The notes below the pieces were generated by a model that was given only the letters and a program-made list of their open reading frames with translations, did not search any database and was not told the origin of the DNA. DNA of 63,017 nucleotides, counting the filler, from Reclinomonas americana ATCC 50394 (taxonomy: Eukaryota), in NCBI GenBank assembly GCA_048213135.1. It is 22 parts of 22 records of this genome, joined end to end, with 100 filler letters (N's around TTAATTAATTAA, not from the genome) between each part and the next. Parts side by side here need not be neighbours in the genome. Positions count along the whole stretch, not along the records: positions 22,601 to 23,712 come from AFZH01024353.1; positions 23,813 to 24,864 come from AFZH01024355.1; positions 24,965 to 26,729 come from AFZH01024356.1; positions 26,830 to 33,117 come from AFZH01024357.1; positions 33,218 to 35,487 come from AFZH01024358.1; 17 more parts are not named here. One strand, 5' to 3'. Below, piece by piece: positions 23,257-35,200 of this stretch. The stretch's first letter is position 1. Each line of letters opens with the position of its first letter. Both the position numbers and the translations under genes were made by a program.

Positions 23257-23712
23257 ATGGCCGATGCGTCCGAAGTCCTTGCCCTGCCTGAAGGCAACCC
23301 GTTCGGGCGCGCCTGGGAGACGCCGTTCGGCCTGCCGCCCTTTGCTGAGATCACGCCAGAGCACATCAAGCAGGCTTATCCGGCGGCGCTGGAGCAGCAC
23401 CGGGCCGAGGTCGAGGCGATCAAGGCCGAGAAGGCTGCGCCCAGCTTCGCCAACACGATCGAGGCGCTCGAACGCTCCGCCCGTGGCATGACCCGGCTCG
23501 GCGGCGTGTTCTACAATCTCGCCGGAGCCGACACCAACGAGGCGCTGCAAGCGATCGAGCGCGAGATTTCGCCGGTGATGTCGCGGCACTGGTCGGCGAT
23601 CATGATGGATCACGAGCTCTTTTCTCGCGTCGATGCCGTGTTCGAGGCGCGCGAGAGCCTCGGCCTGAGCGAAGAGCAGATGCGCCTGCTGGAGCGGACG
23701 CATCGCGGCTTC
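23257..23712 (+). CDS. dcp: M3 family peptidyl-dipeptidase Dcp, N-terminus (3'-truncated)
   Basis: 'NPF..W.TPFGLPPFAEI', 'PSFANTIEALERS', 'VFYNLAGADTN'. Confidence 0.85.
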
Positions 23713-23811
23713 NNNNNNNNNNNNNNNNNNNNNNNNNNNNNNNNNNNNNNNNNNNNTTAATTAATTAANNNNNNNNNNNNNNNNNNNNNNNNNNNNNNNN
23801 NNNNNNNNNNN

Positions 23812-23892
23812 NGAGTTGATCACCCCGGGGTGGGCGGGAACCACGACCTCGTCGAACTGGAAGGAAACGATCGTTCCGTCGGCAGATTGCAT
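23812..23892 (-). CDS. N-terminus of a probable catabolic enzyme (MQSADGTIVSFQFDEVVVPAHPGVINS), possibly enolase/mandelate racemase family
   Basis: Manual translation. Lies downstream of the RpiR gene and its operators. Confidence 0.4.
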
Positions 23893-23938
23893 GGCTTGGC
23901 TCGTCTTCTGTCGTTGGCGCATGACGCGGCGCCCGGCT

Positions 23939-23955
23939 ATGTAGCTAAATTACAT
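23939..23955. promoter_or_regulatory. HexR/RpiR-like operator ATGTAGCTAAATTACAT
   Basis: TGTA-N7-TACA palindrome upstream of the truncated gene. Confidence 0.65.
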
Positions 23956-24165
23956 TTATTGTCAATCAAGAAGATGAAAGCCTGTGCGATTTGCTCGGGT
24001 GCGCCTTGATGGAGAGGCGCTTGCACATGCCTTCAGGGTGCCATCGGAGGTCTGCTCTTTGGCGAGACTGTACAGTTTATCGTGTTGAAATAGTTATCTA
24101 TTGACGCGATTTCTCCCATGGAAGGCTCGCGCCGAGCGACCTCGTTCCCTTCACTGGAACTGAAA

Positions 24166-24182
24166 ATGTAGTAAAATTACCA
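24166..24182. promoter_or_regulatory. Second HexR/RpiR-like operator ATGTAGTAAAATTACCA
   Basis: Near-copy of the site at 23939. Confidence 0.55.
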
Positions 24183-24191
24183 AAACTGAGA

Positions 24192-24864
24192 TCAATCGCC
24201 GATCGGCTGACCGTCGGTGCTGCCGTGCAGGGCGATCAGGGTGGCGCGGGCGCGCCAGAGCTTCTTCGAGACGATCTTCATGCGGCGGGCGCCCAGCAGC
24301 GTCGCCATGCAGTCGAGCAGGAAGAGCTGCCCGTAGCGGCCGCGGTTGGGCATGTAGAAGAACTTCTCCTCGTCGAAGGCCTGCAGCGGCACCAGCACGC
24401 TGGCGAGTTCGGCGAGCGGGCTCGGCGGATGGGTGACCGCGACGACCCCGGCGCCCTGGCTGCGGGCGATCTCGGCGCTGTCGAGCAGCGAACGCGGCTT
24501 GCCGGTAACCGAGAAGATCAGGAGCACATCCTCGGGCCCGCAGGTCGCGGCCATGACGCGCTGCTGATAGGGGTCGGCGGTCGAGGAGGCCGCCACGTCG
24601 AGGCGGAACAGCCGGTTCTCCGCCTCGGCGGCGACATTGGCCGAGCTGCCGCCGACGCCGAAGCAGAACACCCGGCGGGCCTTGTCGAGCACGTCGACGG
24701 CCGCTTCGATCGCCTGCGGATCATGGTCGTTGAAGGCCATGGCCAGTGCCTGCACTGTCGCATTGTAGACGTGCTCGGCGACCTCGTTGCCGGTATCGGC
24801 CGGCTGCTGGCGCTCGGCGGCGAGATACATCCGGCCGATCGCGTATTCCTGCGCCAGCCGGATC
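24192..24864 (-). CDS. MurR/RpiR (HexR-like) transcriptional regulator, SIS domain (5'-truncated)
   Basis: 'FCFGVGGSSANVA', 'IFSVTGK', 'SPLAELA'. Confidence 0.9.
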
Positions 24865-24964
24865 NNNNNNNNNNNNNNNNNNNNNNNNNNNNNNNNNNNN
24901 NNNNNNNNTTAATTAATTAANNNNNNNNNNNNNNNNNNNNNNNNNNNNNNNNNNNNNNNNNNNN

Positions 24965-26966
24965 CTCGTCGCGCCGTGACGGCCAGTACAAGTCCGAGTC
25001 GTTTTGCAGCAACTCCGGAAATCTGCTCACGATACGGGCGGCGTGAGAAGTGACAACAAGGCAACCTCGGAAATAGATCGACGACTCACCTGTCCACCAG
25101 CGCCTGCTCATCGTCGGTCACTCGCAAGCGCCAATGTCTCTTGCCGGGCACCAGTTCGGCCACCTCCGTGAACAAGAAGCTGTGGAATGCATGAGTCGCT
25201 GCGCGGTCTCGCCGCTCTCTGTCTTCAAAGTCACGTAACTGGATGATTTCGCGATCGACATTCATGAGCTCCGTCGGCAGATTCCTCTTCTCCACGAATT
25301 CGTGATTGACAAACTCGAGCAGAATGCGATCACGGATCTCCACCATGTACGGCAGCTCCGGGAAGACAAACTCACTGTGCCGTCGTGTGTGAGTGATGAG
25401 CATCCCCTGCGAAGCGCTTTTCTGTGTCGACGCCGTACCTTCGATACACCCATGCTCCGCGCACCATGCAGGCCACGGCACGCAGTTCACGCACAACATC
25501 CACAGCCGCATGCTCCTCTGTTATGCACAGAGCCTCCACACGAGAGAACTTGACGATGCGAGCTTCGTGTCGTGAAAGAAACATGAGCAATGTCCCACAT
25601 CCACCGCACTTACAACGCGCAACACACACACCTTCCTCCAACAACAATCGGATGCGCTCCCGCAACGTCCGGATCTTCGGCAAACCAGTGGCCGAGAACA
25701 GCGATGGTCTGCTCACCACCATGGTCAATCAGTCACCCTTTCCCCCTCCAATCACGCCAGACAGGCATCGTACCGAGGCATCGTGAATGTGGAGGCCACA
25801 TCGGCAATCGGTCGCAGCTTGAGACCACCCTTGGCCGCCAGCTCGGCATTGATGTTGTGATTGAGTTGCGCCTGGCTGTTGACTCGTGCCGAGTGATCCG
25901 CGGCACCTGCTCGTGAGATGGAATGTAAGCCACAGACAACAACAACCCGCGCCAAGGAAAATGACACACTTCTGACTCCCTGGCCCCCCGCCGTACGATC
26001 CTCCATGGGACACAGTGCGTCGAGGAACGCTTGTGGCGACATGTCGAATGCGGGTCCCTGCAGTGTGCGATGCAATGAGACCAGACATTAGTATCTTCCC
26101 CCGCACAAGTCGCGTACCGAGCGCATGTGTCGCGGCTCAGCGGCAAGTCGTTGCCGCATCTCCTGCGATCTCCGATCCTGCAGCACGGTCGTGAGGACCA
26201 CCTCACGCAGCCGACACGCACACACACATGCATGCATGCATGCATACACACACACACCGAAGGCGGTCGGTAGGCATACTCGATAAACTTCTCCTCGCGT
26301 TCTCGCTCCACCATGTACGGATACGATCGCATGTAGGCCTCCAGTTGTCGATGACTCTCGCGTCGCTTCGGTTCCGGCGACGCACCGGCCATTGCCGCCG
26401 ACGAGCCTCCAGAAGCACTACTCACACCGCACAGAGATCAGAGCATGGCACAGGCCAGGACAAGAGAGACAGAAGAGAGGCACTCACCCATCGACCTTCA
26501 TCGCGGCGCGTTCCATGCTCGACGCCGCCGCAGCAGCAGCCGAGGCCGACGCCGAGGTGCTGGTGGTGGTCGCCGCCGCCGTGAACGCCGACTGCGGATC
26601 GTCTTCGGAACCCGGCGTGAACTGCAGCGTCGTGTGCAGCGGCGTCAGGTGCACCGCACCTGTGCACACGCACACATGAGACAGCACGTCTCTCTGCTTC
26701 CTGCGGCTCTCGCTCTCACTGACCATTGTNNNNNNNNNNNNNNNNNNNNNNNNNNNNNNNNNNNNNNNNNNNNTTAATTAATTAANNNNNNNNNNNNNNN
26801 NNNNNNNNNNNNNNNNNNNNNNNNNNNNNCCGCGACGATGGCGGCGACCGCGACCACTGCCCTCACTGTCGCTATCACTAAAGGCATCCTCGTCGGCAAG
26901 AAGCTGGTCGAGGATGCGAGCGGCAGAGGGCACTGCGGCCTCTGGTGCAGGCGGGTCCACCTCCAT
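24965..26966 (-). CDS. POLR3E: RNA polymerase III subunit RPC5 (multi-exon, spans a gap, 3'-truncated; first exon assigned by position)
   Basis: 'GAVHLTPLHTTLQF', 'RSYPYMVEREREEKF', 'LRERIRLLL..ARIVKFS', 'AVACMVRGAWVYRS', 'RDRILLEF' match remembered RPC5/Sin motifs. Confidence 0.75.
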
Positions 26967-27066
26967 TCACACGCACACACACACTATCGATCGCCAAACG
27001 AGACGGAGACAACTCGCCGCGTTGCATGACACCGGGACTTCTACATTGTCGCACCTCCGTCGTCGC

Positions 27067-29119
27067 TTACAACACGTAGCGCGTGAGGTCGGTCTTCAGC
27101 AGCATATCGCCGATCCGCCTTCGCACAAATGCCTTGTCCACAATCACCGTCTGCAAGGTCAATAGAACACAAGTTCAGCACCTGGGTTTTCTCCCGATTC
27201 TACCTGTACCCGTCACTGACCGTGTTCTTGGCCATGTCGGGTGCGTCGAAGCTGACTTCCTCCATGACGCGTTCCATGATGGTGTGCAGACGGCGGGCGC
27301 CAATGTTCTCCACGGTGGTGTTGACTTCGGCGGCGAGGCGGGCGATTTCGTCGACGGCGTCGTCGGTGAACTTGAGAATGACGCCCTCGGTGCGCAACAG
27401 CTCCGTCTGCTGCTGGATAACGTTGTTTTCGGGTTCGCGCAGGATGCGTGCGAGGTCGTGCCGGGTGAGTGCTTTGAGTTCCACGCGAATCGGTAGGCGA
27501 CCCTGTGTGCATGTTGTTGTCGTGAGTTTCCTCCAGTCGTGAGTGCGCGTCGCGTTTCACGACAATCACGCAACTTGCTGCTCCCCGGAAAGCACACACA
27601 CACATGAACAAAGAAACAGGTTAGTAACACAACCGCTAATGACGACGACAGCAACAGTGCAGCGGCTCACCAGCTCCGGCAACAGATCCGACGGCTTGCA
27701 ATGTGTGAACGCTCCCGAGGCGATAAAGAGAATGTGCTCGGTCGACACGTTGCCGTACTTGGTGGAGATGGAGCATCCTTCGATGAGTGGCAGCAGATCC
27801 CGCTGAACGCCCTCGGCACTTGCGTCGGCTCCGTCGCGCGAACCCACCGGCGTGCAAATCTTGTCAATCTCGTCAATTACCACAATGCCCGACTGCTCCA
27901 CCAGCTCAATGGCCGTACGCGCCACCGTTTCCTCATTCACCAGCGCCTCCGCCTCCTTCTCTTCGAGGATGGGGCGCGCCTTCCGCACGGTCATCATGAC
28001 CCGCCGTGTGGCCGAGCTGCCCATCATTTGCCGAAAGTTGGAGACCAGGTCGTCCAGTCTCTGTCGCACCACACTGACGACGTTACCATCTCGTCGCGGC
28101 TACCACGATGACACTTGCCGTCACGCAACTCCCAGTCCCGAGTCACCGCCGGCGCCACCGCCACCGTGACTGGAGCCGCCGAGTACGCCGTCCATGAGAT
28201 CGCGACCGCCACCGCCCGAATGGTGCACCGGCACATCCACCGCAATGATTCGATCCTCCAGCTGCCCATCGCGTAGCATGTTGCGGAAGGTGTCGCGTGT
28301 GGCCGGTCGACTGTCGGGTCCCGTGAGAGCCTCCAGAATGCGCTCCTCCACCGCCAACACCACATCCTCGGAGAGACCCTCACGCATCTGCCCCTCCCAT
28401 TCAAGATGAGGCTTCACTGGAGAAGCGTCGCCCTCTCCGCTTTCTCACCTTGGTGCGCGTCCTCACAATCGCACTCTCCACCATGTCGCGAATGATCGAA
28501 TCCACATCGCGTCCGTGGAAGCCGACCTCGGTGAACTGCGTGGCCTCCACCTTGTGGAAGGGCGACTCGCACAGCTTGGCCACTCGTCGGGCGATCTCGG
28601 TCTTGCCAACACCTGTCGGTCCAATCATGAGAATGTTACGCGGCACATACTCGTCGCGCACGCCGCGCGGCAGCTGCGTTCTTCGCCATCGATTGCCTGC
28701 ATCCACTCTCAGTCGCACGCATGCACACAGTGTGCAGCAGGGGGGGGGGCTGGAGGACGCAACGCAGAGCAATGGCGACAGCGCGCTTTGCATCCGTCTG
28801 CCCGACAATGTGACGATCCAACTCGGCCACCACCTTGCCTGGCTTCAGGTGACCCAGTGCTGCGTATGTGTGTGTGCGAGCGATGAGTGTGCGAGTCACA
28901 CACACACGCATACTCTGCGTGCACGCAACACTTTCTAATCTCGCGAATCGTGACCGACTCCTCTGCATCGTCGAGTGTGGTCGATGATGCTGTCGTGCTG
29001 CCTGCTTCCACAGTCGACTTGACTGTGCTTTCAGTGGTGCCAGTGGTCAGCAGCGCTCGTCCGCCTGTCACCAGCAGACGGCCTGGTATGCGACACAGTC
29101 CGCGCTGCAAGAGCAACAT
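27067..29119 (-). CDS. hslU: HslU/ClpY AAA+ ATPase subunit, intron-containing, with mitochondrial-type presequence
   Basis: '[19 protein letters not shown]', '[18 protein letters not shown]', 'DEIDKI', '[13 protein letters not shown]', 'ENIGARRL', C-terminus 'DLTRYVL*'. Short GT-AG introns. Arg/Leu-rich N-terminus. Confidence 0.93.
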
Positions 29120-29136
29120 GTTCGTTCGTTGTGACT

Positions 29137-30414
29137 TCATTGAGACGGACGCGAGGACACTTCATCGTCGTCGTCGTCTTCGTCGTCGTCCACGTCGGCC
29201 ATCTCAATGGCCAGCTTCGGGTAGCCGGACCAGAGAAGTAGAGGTGAAGGCGACGCCGCCGTTGCGTGCTCACGCAGCGACTCGACAAACATCATGACTC
29301 GCATCGGCACATTGGTGGCTTGCAGGAAGTGCTGCACGTCGGCCAGCTTGTCGCTTTCCACCGACAACGAGAAGAACAGTCGTTTCCGGTGCTCCGCGGC
29401 CTGCGTGCACGATTCAGCGTGTGATCGAGGCGGTGGAAGTGGAGGCAGCATAGAAACGCAACAGGTTCGCCGTTGAGTTGCAGCAACTGGCATTCGAGGT
29501 ACGCCAGCTCCACGACCACCGACTTGAACCCGGCCGCGAATGCCTGCACACGGCGCTTCTGCACGCCCACCAAGTGTTGTGGCACCCTGCGCCCGGAGAA
29601 CAATGAGGAACAATCCCGACTGCGGGCGGAGTGAGTGACAGAGAGAAAGAAACGCAACGCTGGTGGCTGTGGCGACTCGGCTCGCCGCGGTGCGTCATCC
29701 TCGCCAGCCGCCGACGAGCCATGCTCCGTCAGAAACACTGTCGAGTCGCTTCCGGCCGCCGCAGTTGTCGCGACCGCGTCAACCACGTGCCTTCCTCGTG
29801 TGCTGTTGTTGCTCACATATGAGCGCGCAACAGCAGCCGCATGGCCGCACACCCGCACTCACCGCTGCAAGTACTCCTCCACCGGTCGGCTGTACTTGCT
29901 CTTCATCTTGCTCTGCACCAGGCGATCGAGCACCTCCAGCACATCTTCCACCCTGATCGGGATGCCTGCGTTGCCGTTGTCAGTGACTGAATGACTGACT
30001 GAGTGTGCCGCCCCACACTAGCACACCATCCGCAGGCGAACTGTACTCCACCGACCACTTCTTCCACCGATCCACCATCTGCGGTGGCGATGTGGTCTGT
30101 CGCCGCTCCTCGTCGGCCGTCTTGCATCGTCGGACCTTGACCTCCAAATCGCCTTCGCGCAGCTTGACCCCGATCCTGCGCTCCACACGCATGAGCGAGC
30201 AAGCACACCACCACCACCATCATACCTCGCTGGCGAGCACAGACCGCGTATCACAAGGCACATAAATGTCGGTGCGCTGCGGCGGCAATGCTGCGACGCG
30301 CTGTGTGGACATGCTGTCGAGGGCTGTCAGTGAGCGCAGGGTGGGCCCGTGCTCGGCGATGGCCGCGGGTGAGAGCGCCGTGCACTCGACAAACACACGC
30401 CACTCGAAGCCCAT
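29137..30414 (-). CDS. CYTH-like (triphosphate tunnel) domain protein, multi-exon
   Basis: 'FEWRVF', 'RTDIYV', 'GVKLREGDLEVKVR', 'WKKW', 'VQKRR', 'SVES', 'SGYP'. Intron 29401-29462 restores the frame. Confidence 0.55.
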
Positions 30415-31189
30415 TCTTGCCGGATCTTATCTCGTCGTGTTGGTTTCTGGCAATGAATGCAATGTCCTCCTCCGAGGCCGTCGTCGTGTCGTCGTCGTCA
30501 TATAGACTGCGAAAGCGAAAGCGCTCTTTCTGCGGATAGATGTACGTCGTTGTACATCTAATCACCGACGCGAGCAAGAGTGGAAGAGATCAGCGATGGA
30601 AGCGACGTCGCCAGAATTCAACGCTTGGTGTCCCAAGGCCCACAACCGCAGCGACAGTCGAGTGAGAGAAGGCAACTCGGTCGCAGTGCACGAGTATGAG
30701 CGAAGTTTAGTGTGCGTGTGCCCTGTGTGCTTTCTCGCGAAAAGTGACAGTGCTTACACTCGTGTGTGAACCGTCGACGCACGGTGCCTTGCATGCGTGC
30801 GTGACAGTGGACTGATTGTCGTGAGCACACGCGTATGCATCGGAGTCTTGTGTTGCAACGCTCGGTAGTGGTCAGGTAGCGAGAATTCTACCTGCGACTT
30901 GCGAAGTCGTCACCCTTCTTCGGTCGGTGGATCGTGTTCCTTGTTCTCAAGCACCCAGATGAAGCGAGAGTGGTAACTGAGAGCGCTATGTTGGATTTGT
31001 TAAAGAAGACGGGGCATAGCGCACTGTCGCCCTTCCTCATCTTCTTGGTTTGGACAGTCGTTGTTCGGGGTGCGTTTTTCTCTTCATGTATTGTTGCACA
31101 CTGCAGATATTCTTCTGTGTGCTCGCTCGTGTCTGTGCGTCTTCCTATCTACAACATCACAGAGCTCGAAGCAAATGTGTCTCCCACAG

Positions 31190-32749
31190 CAGCAAATCAG
31201 CCGATCGTCGTGCGAGTGGCCTCGGGCGCCGGCGAACTGCTGCCGGTATACTTCTGAGGAAACTGCTGGCTGACCTCATCCTGTCGGCGGTGGAGCTCTA
31301 CAAGTCCGTGCTCGCCAACCTCGACAGCAAGCTCCGCGACTGCATCCGTCTCTGCCTCGGTCTCGGCAACGACTCCGGCACCCCCTTCCTCTGCACTCCG
31401 CTGTCGAAAGGTGGTCTCGGCCTGTACTCCAACTCGGCGGTGAAGCTGTTGACACCCCGCCGACCGCTGACTCGCCGTGTGGCGGAGCATGCATGCTCCA
31501 CTGCTCGGTGAAGGCGGCCGGTGGTCGTGTTTACGACTTCTCGCCGTTGCCGACTGCTGGTTTGGTGGCCAAGTACCGGCGCAGACGAACGAGGTCACAG
31601 ACGTCAATCGCCAGCAGCTGCCAGTTGCCACGCCACAGCGGTATTTCTCTGTGTGTTTGTCTCCTGTTGCTCCTCCGGCTGGTGCTGCTGCTGTTGCTCT
31701 TGGTGCAGGTACTCGGTTCCAAGTGGCCACTGATCCGAATGCTCCTCGCCGCGCTGTTCGCTCCAATCTGATGGGTGTTGCTCTCGGGCACGCTCTGAAG
31801 TTGGGTACAAGTGTGGAGGTGCATCCGGCGGCTGCTGCTGCTGGTCAGCCTCCACTGGCTGGCTGACGGTGGTGTTGTGTTTCCCTTTGCCTCTCGCTTT
31901 TTGCCTGCGATTATCACACTTCATACTCCAAGCACCACATTGTGAGCTGGAAGGCCTTGCGGAAGTGTGGTGCCTTTGTCGACTCTCTGCAGAAGGCTGC
32001 TGCTGGAACCCATGACGTGGTAGCTCAGGGCAACGGCATCACCGAGAAGGAGCAGCGCTTCCTGTGCAAGATGCGGATCAACTCCGTCATGCTCAACAAC
32101 AAGGCGGTGGTGTTCAGCGGCAACCCTGGTGGCCCTGCCTCGCTGTGCTCACTCTGTGGCAAGGAGTCGGAGTCGCTTGCACACTTGCTCAACGGCTGTG
32201 AAAAGCTGAAGGGCTTGTGGACGACGCGTCACGACAACGTGCTTGGCGTCCTTCAAGCCGCTCCAGTGCGGCGCCCCAAGGTGGACGGTGTGGCGTGCCA
32301 GCTGTTGCCTGCGGCGGTGGACATTGCGAACCACACAAACTTGGCCAGGCTCAAGCCGGACCTCGCCCAGCTGGTTCATACCAGAGAGGGGACTGGAGAG
32401 ATCTGCTCGGTCCAGGTGGTGGAGTTGACGTGCCCCTTCGCCAACGAAGACTCGGTCAAGTCTGCTGTCAACGGCAAGAAGGCCAAGTACGAGTCGTCGG
32501 TCAAGGCCATCAAGCTATCATGCCAAGGTCGAGCTGGTGATGCTCCCTGTGACCTCGATTGGCACGGCTCCGGCCTTGGTGTTGACTGGCCTCCGTCGTC
32601 TCGGCGTGCGCAACGTCCGCCAGTGCATCTCTCGCCTTTGCACGACGAGCTTACGTACAAGTTACTCGATGTTTGTCCAACGATGCAAGGGAGTGGGTGG
32701 TGCACAGGTTCAGGCTGGAGTGCAAGCATTCCCTGCTGGTGTGGTGTGA
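31190..32749 (+). mobile_element. 5'-truncated, frameshifted R2/NeSL/R4-like non-LTR retrotransposon (RT thumb, CCHC knuckle, restriction-like endonuclease)
   Basis: 'GGLGL' thumb motif, 'CSLCGKESESLAHLLNGC', 'RHDNV', 'KPDL', 'ELTCP', 'KKAKY'. Confidence 0.88.
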
Positions 32750-33003
32750 GAGAAGTAACAGTTCCCCAATGCTTGCCCCACTGTTCTTCTATATCTTTTT
32801 GTCTTCTTCGTGGTTACCACGATGGTGAATGAAGTGTTTCGTTGTAAACATGGCGCCGCGGCGTTGAAGCAAGCATTCATGCATGACCGCCATGCAGTCG
32901 GCGCCGGCGTCACACGCGCGGTGAACGTTAACAGCACACTGCGGTTAACGTTACCGTGGTTTCTACAGTGAAGATCGCAGTTCTCGACTTGTTGGAGCGC
33001 TCG

Positions 33004-33044
<41 letters not shown>

Positions 33045-33217
33045 CGAACCTGCATGCTGCTCGCCTCATTGTTTTGGATGCTGTGCTCTACGGAAAGGGG
33101 GGGGTGGGGAACAAAGTNNNNNNNNNNNNNNNNNNNNNNNNNNNNNNNNNNNNNNNNNNNNTTAATTAATTAANNNNNNNNNNNNNNNNNNNNNNNNNNN
33201 NNNNNNNNNNNNNNNNN

Positions 33218-35162
33218 CTTGATGACCTCGACCGAGTCGAACTTCCTGAGCTGGATCAAGACCTCCGACGTCTATGATCCCGACCGGATCAATTCCGATC
33301 TGGAGCTGATTCGCCGTTACTACCTGAAGAACGGCTATGCCGACTTCCGTATCGTCTCGAGCGATGCGCGCTTCGACGATGCGGCCGGCGGCTGGGTCGT
33401 CGACATCGCCGTCGACGAGGGGCCGCAATACAAGGTCGGCAACGTCTCGGTCGATTCCCGGCTGCGCGATGTCGATCCGGCTGCGCTGCAGTCGCTCGTG
33501 AACACCTCCGCTGGCGACACCTACAACGCCGAGGCCGTTGAGCGCTCGCTGGTCACCCTGACCACCGAGGTCGCCAAGCGCGGCTATGCCTTCGCGCAGG
33601 TCCGCCCACGCGGCGAGCGTGACGCGGCCGGCCAGCAGATCGGCATCACCTATGTGGTAGAGGAAGGTCCGCGGGTCTATGTCGAGCGCATCAACGTGCG
33701 CGGCAACACCCGGACCCGCGACTATGTCGTCCGCCGCGAGCTCGATCTCGGCGAAGGCGATGCCTACAATAAGGTCTTCATCGACCGCGCCGAACGCCGC
33801 CTGAACAATCTAGGCTTCTTCAACAAGGTCCGCATCACCAACGAGCCGGGCAGTGCGCCCGACCGGGTGATCGTCAACATCGATGTCGAGGACAAGGCCA
33901 CCGGCTCGTTCTCCATCGCGGGCGGCTACTCGACCTCGGACGGTATCATCGGCGAGGTCTCGCTCTCGGAGTCGAACTTCCTCGGCCGCGGCCAGTTCGT
34001 CCGTATCGCCGGCACGATGGGCCAGCGTACCCAGGGCATCGACTTCTCGTTCACCGAGCCCTACTTCCTCGGGCATCGGATTGCGGCGGGCTTCGACCTG
34101 TTCTCGAAGTTCAACGACAACACCAATATCGGCTATTTCGAGAGCCGGGTGACCGGTGGCCAGGTTCGCTTCTCCTTCCCGATCACGGAGGAGTTCTCGA
34201 TCACGCCGCGCTATTCGATCTATACGACCGAGATCAAGATCCCGAACACCTTCTCGAAGCCGTATAACGATTGTACCTTCCCGCTCGACGGGATCACGCC
34301 CGGAACGCCTGGCGGGTCGGCGGCGTCGCAGACCTTCAGCTGCTTGACGAATGGCGAAGCGACGGTTGCGGTCAAGGAGGCCCAGGGCACGACCTTGACC
34401 TCGCTGGTCGGCCTGAACTTCAACTACAACTCGCTCGACAACTACCAGAACCCGCGCAACGGCTTCGTCGCCGAACTCAAGCCGGAATTCGCTGGTGTCG
34501 GTGGCGATTCGAAGTTCCTGCGCGTCAGCGCCGATGCCCGCTACTACAAGGAGTTCCTCGAGGACTTCGTCGGCATCGCCCGTATCCAGGGCGGTCACGT
34601 CCAGGCCACGAGCGGCGATCTGCGCATGATCGACCACTACTTCCTCGGACCGACGCTGGTGCGCGGCTTCGCGCCGTCCGGCATCGGCCCGCGTGACCTG
34701 CGCAACGATCCGACCGCGAACGCGCTCGGCGGCACCACCTATTTCGGTGGCTCGCTCGAAGTGCAGTTCCCGATCTTCGGTCTGCCGCGCGATCTCGGCC
34801 TGAAGGGCGCGATCTTCGCCGACGCCGGCACGCTGTTCAATTATGACGGCGGCCGCAAGGTTGCTGGCAACTTCTGCCCGGCGGGCAGCGAGGCGCGGCA
34901 GTTCAACGTCGCGATCGACCAGACCTACGGCCTGCCGTTCCAGAACAACATCGCCTGCGTGCGCGACAAGAACGTGCTGCGCTCGTCGGTCGGCGTCAGC
35001 TTGCTCTGGCAGTCGCCGCTCGGGCCGATCCGCTTCGACTACGCCTATGCGCTGTCGAAGGATGACGGCCAGTTCGGCACCGATCCGGTTACGGGCCTCA
35101 CCGGCAAGTTCGGCGGCGACCGGGTCCAGGCCTTCCGCTTCTCGGGCGGCGCCCGCTTCTGA
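33218..35162 (+). CDS. bamA: Outer membrane protein assembly factor BamA (5'-truncated)
   Basis: POTRA repeats 'YYLKNGYAD', 'GNTRTRDYVVRRE', 'VRGF', C-terminal Phe. Upstream of lpxD. Confidence 0.97.
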
Positions 35163-35200
35163 CCGGCGGGGCGCTTCCGCGCCCTGCAACGGATCAACTT

